From the NCBI GenBank assembly GCA_964236955.1, contig CAXSGP010000038.1:11892-40834 (forward strand): DNA of 28,943 nt, read 5' to 3'. Position numbers and translations under genes: made by a program. The notes beneath the pieces are model-generated. The model did no database searches. It was not told the DNA's origin and saw only the letters and a list, made by a program, of their open reading frames with translations. Positions within the stretch are counted from its first letter, which is position 1, and every line of letters starts with the position of its first letter. Positions 26,233-28,943 of the stretch are shown one piece after another. Origin of the DNA: an uncultured Oligoflexus sp. GTDB taxonomy: Bacteria > Bdellovibrionota_B > Oligoflexia > Oligoflexales > Oligoflexaceae.

Positions 26233-27498
26233 CTATTTTATGGGGTATCCGGCCCATAGCCACACGAGATTGTCGGACAGCGTGTGCTTGTAGACATCCA
26301 TATCAATATGTCCGACTTTTTCTACATAGTGAAAGCGCACATGGTATCCCTTCTCCGTCAGGACATTAAACATTTGATTGTTGGCGACGATCCAGTCGTT
26401 TTCAGGGTCATTGAACTTGTTATCGTTCTGCCCGACTTCTAGGGTCACGCGCAGAGGTTTTTTTGCAGAGTTCCCGATTAGGTTTTTATTGCTGTGATAG
26501 TCCCAGGCTCCTTTCATAATGTCACCTGTCGGTTTACGATTAACAAAGGTGCCCGAGTAAGTAATAACGCGGCGGAAAAGGTCGGGGCGAAACCAAGCCA
26601 TGGTAAATGCCATCGAACCGCTTGAACTCCCACCCATGGTCGCCCGGCCTTCAGGATTCTTGGTGAATTTGATATTGAAATCCTTCTGAACCTTGACAAA
26701 GACCTCCTCTTCGACAAAACGCGCAAACCTATCATCCACGCTATCGTATTCCAGGCTTCGCTGACTGCCTGGCCCGTCGCCGCCTCCGAGGGGACCCGGT
26801 TCCAGAAAAACAGCAGCCATCTTGGGAATCATTTTTTTGGCAATAAGATTGTTTAACACGGGAACCAGCAACTTGTGCTGTCCCCAGCCGCCATCGCCGA
26901 CGAAGATAACAGGCAGTTCCTCACCTTTATAACCAAAGGGAATGTACAATTCCCCTTTGCGCTGGAAGTCGCCTTTTTCCTTTAGATAGTCGTCTTTACC
27001 CATAAATATTTTGCTATCCTTGGAAAGCATCGTGAAAGGCTTCACGGTACCTTTCTCGACATCATTATCCGTAATGTTAGGATTACTATCAAAGCGCGGG
27101 GACTTATCATGCGCGGGAGTCAGGTCGAATCTGCCATCACCCGAGGTCCCCGGATCCTTGACCGCCTCGTCAGGTTTAGGCGTCGGGACAGGCGCCGGTA
27201 GTGGCATCGGAGTCGGCAATGAGGCCGGTCCAGGTGCTTGCCCCGGTGCTGGCCCGGGATTGGGATGGCCTGCGGGCGGCGGCGAGGCAGAATCAGGGGC
27301 AGCGGCGCCTTCCGGCTCGTTCTTGGAAACAGGACGGGTAGCCGTGGGTTCAGGATTCGGGACGCCCTTTGCTTCGGAATCATCGGTACCCGGGAGGGGT
27401 TGATTTTTGCCAATGACGGGCCTTTCCACAGGTGGTGGATTGCAGCTCACGGCAAAGAGCATGAGCACGGACGCAAGCATTGATGTTTTTATTGTCAC
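26233..27498 (-). CDS. Lipoprotein Fes-like alpha/beta-hydrolase esterase with a Pro-rich linker
   Basis: GAGGA before GTG 27498; lipobox AVSC; Pro/Gly-rich linker; RSLEYD, nucleophile elbow GSSSG, AWFRPDLF and a late His (VGH). Confidence 0.82.
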   Translation of the reverse strand: MTIKTSMLASVLMLFAVSCNPPPVERPVIGKNQPLPGTDDSEAKGVPNPEPTATRPVSKNEPEGAAAPDSASPPPAGHPNPGPAPGQAPGPASLPTPMPLPAPVPTPKPDEAVKDPGTSGDGRFDLTPAHDKSPRFDSNPNITDNDVEKGTVKPFTMLSKDSKIFMGKDDYLKEKGDFQRKGELYIPFGYKGEELPVIFVGDGGWGQHKLLVPVLNNLIAKKMIPKMAAVFLEPGPLGGGDGPGSQRSLEYDSVDDRFARFVEEEVFVKVQKDFNIKFTKNPEGRATMGGSSSGSMAFTMAWFRPDLFRRVITYSGTFVNRKPTGDIMKGAWDYHSNKNLIGNSAKKPLRVTLEVGQNDNKFNDPENDWIVANNQMFNVLTEKGYHVRFHYVEKVGHIDMDVYKHTLSDNLVWLWAGYPIK

Positions 27499-27698
27499 GG
27501 CTGATTCCTCAGGGTTCCTAGAGCCTCGAATAGGCAACTTATCGGCATCCCCAAGGTATTCTTGAGGAGAATAATTGTCAGAAATTGCGCCGACTTATAG
27601 GGCGGATAGCGGCGTTTGCTGGCTGCCAGCCATCGCCCTGTCCTCGCCTTCGAAGAAACGAAAGGCCGTGCCCGGCGTGAAGGCCTCCATTCCATTCG

Positions 27699-28856
27699 TC
27701 AAACGGTAGCGACGGATTTAATGCGGTTTCGTAACACCAAAAATGCAACGGAAAAGCATATGAGACTATAAATTCCGAGGTTTGTCAGGGCGCTAAAATA
27801 GCTTTGGGCCCCGATTGGCCCCAATATCACCTGCCTCATCGGCCCAACGAAATGAGTGACTGGAAAGAAATACCCAAAAATCCGCATTTCCAAGGGTAGA
27901 GAGGCTTCAGGCCAGGAGTATCCGGAGGTCAAAAATCCTGGCATGGAATAAAAAGTCAGGACGACCATGACCGTGATCCGGTCTTTAAAAAACAGCCCCA
28001 TCATAAATCCAAGCAACGAGACCGTGCTAACAAAAAAAGCACACAGGAGGATATAGGCCGGTAACCTGTCGAGTCCCACCGGGATCCCGAAAAATGGCAG
28101 GAGGAGAAAGAAGAAGGACAGTGCGAGTAGAATGGCCACTCCCGCATAAGGCATCGAGCGTCCCATGATATAGGACATAATGGAACGGATTCGAAGGTCC
28201 GGCAATGTTTGTGAGTTCAGTTCTTTTTCCTCTGCCGAGATCCAGCAGATCGCCATAATGATGATCTGTTGCAGGATCAGAAAAATCAGGCCCACGGTCA
28301 TGGCCGTCAATTGACTCAGCTCCGGGTTATAGATGGGGCGAATGTCAACGGAGAGGGCATTAGACAGGTAGGCAACCCGGCTTCGATGAAGGTTTCTTCT
28401 CGATACCGTGTCGCGGAACTTATCGCTCGCCATGGATTGGGCCACGGTCGCGGCTGAGGTGAGGATCGGGCCTGCCACCGCGAGGTTCGACGACGTTACC
28501 CCCAGTGCGGCAACAGTCGATTGATTGCCTTTGAAAGCTCGACTGAAGGAACGGGGGAGCAGCAGCAGACCTTCAATGTCGTGATTATGGAGGGCGACCT
28601 TCGCTTCTTCGAGATCGAGGAAAGTGTCGCTCATGCGGATACCCTCAGTTGCATCCATACGCCTCACGACCTCGCGCGAGAGACTGGAATTATCAAGATC
28701 GACGACACCAACGGGGACTTCTTTGACACTCTGGTGCCAATAGATCCCAGGGAGCAGCAGGCAATAAATAAGAGGGGTGACCAACATCAAGGAACTCAGT
28801 TCCTTGTGCTGAAAAATGCGTTTCCATTCCGCTGTAAAGTGCTTGATGAAGCTCAT
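27699..28856 (-). CDS. ABC-2 type transporter permease (YhhJ/YbhS-like)
   Basis: VPVGVVDLDNSSLSR, PIYNP and SGYSWP..SLP motifs; one TM, a periplasmic domain, then several TMs. Confidence 0.88.
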   Translation of the reverse strand: MSFIKHFTAEWKRIFQHKELSSLMLVTPLIYCLLLPGIYWHQSVKEVPVGVVDLDNSSLSREVVRRMDATEGIRMSDTFLDLEEAKVALHNHDIEGLLLLPRSFSRAFKGNQSTVAALGVTSSNLAVAGPILTSAATVAQSMASDKFRDTVSRRNLHRSRVAYLSNALSVDIRPIYNPELSQLTAMTVGLIFLILQQIIIMAICWISAEEKELNSQTLPDLRIRSIMSYIMGRSMPYAGVAILLALSFFFLLLPFFGIPVGLDRLPAYILLCAFFVSTVSLLGFMMGLFFKDRITVMVVLTFYSMPGFLTSGYSWPEASLPLEMRIFGYFFPVTHFVGPMRQVILGPIGAQSYFSALTNLGIYSLICFSVAFLVLRNRIKSVATV

Positions 28857-28943
28857 GATACGGCTTTTCTCCCGCGATAGAGGCTTAGCCAGCCGAGGAA
28901 CAGCGCGACGACCTGGTCGACGTCATTACCGGTTGCGGGGCGC
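28853..28943 (-). CDS. C-terminal end of an upstream membrane protein, probably the partner ABC-2 permease
   Basis: An open frame ...VVALFLGWLSLYRGRKAVS* ends in an ATGA overlap with the permease start. Confidence 0.5.
   Translation of the reverse strand, partial: RPATGNDVDQVVALFLGWLSLYRGRKAVS

Noticed and set aside
27600..27690. Short GC-rich hairpins between the ABC permease and the esterase
   Set aside because: Short stems without a U-tract or known motif; not distinguishable from background.

Overview
This 28.9-kb window is chromosomal, mostly housekeeping and cell-envelope genes. The gene content (DgcB-like FHA-GGDEF cyclase, TraF/PorV-like barrel, many orphan lipoproteins) suggests Bdellovibrionota, possibly Oligoflexia; this is an inference. 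I see no rRNA, tRNA, CRISPR array, transposase or prophage. Recognisable genes: ugd, a MerA/LPD-like flavoprotein, rmuC, xseA, xseB, an FNR-like oxidoreductase, a pentapeptide-repeat protein, gap, a DUF374 acyltransferase, an MFS transporter, a SET-domain protein, a Fes-like esterase and ABC-2 permeases. Main leads: (1) an unannotated minus-strand transcription unit with promoter, RBS, 50-aa ORF and terminator at about 21698-21978; (2) a pentapeptide-repeat/oxidoreductase/ExoVII cluster whose XseA has an extra N-terminal domain and 22-aa repeats, converging on an apparently inactive thermonuclease-like lipoprotein; (3) a TraF/PorV-like barrel paired with a TPR/EF-hand lipoprotein; (4) a multi-hairpin intergenic element at 11969-12108. 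All family calls come from motif recognition by eye; no database searches were run.
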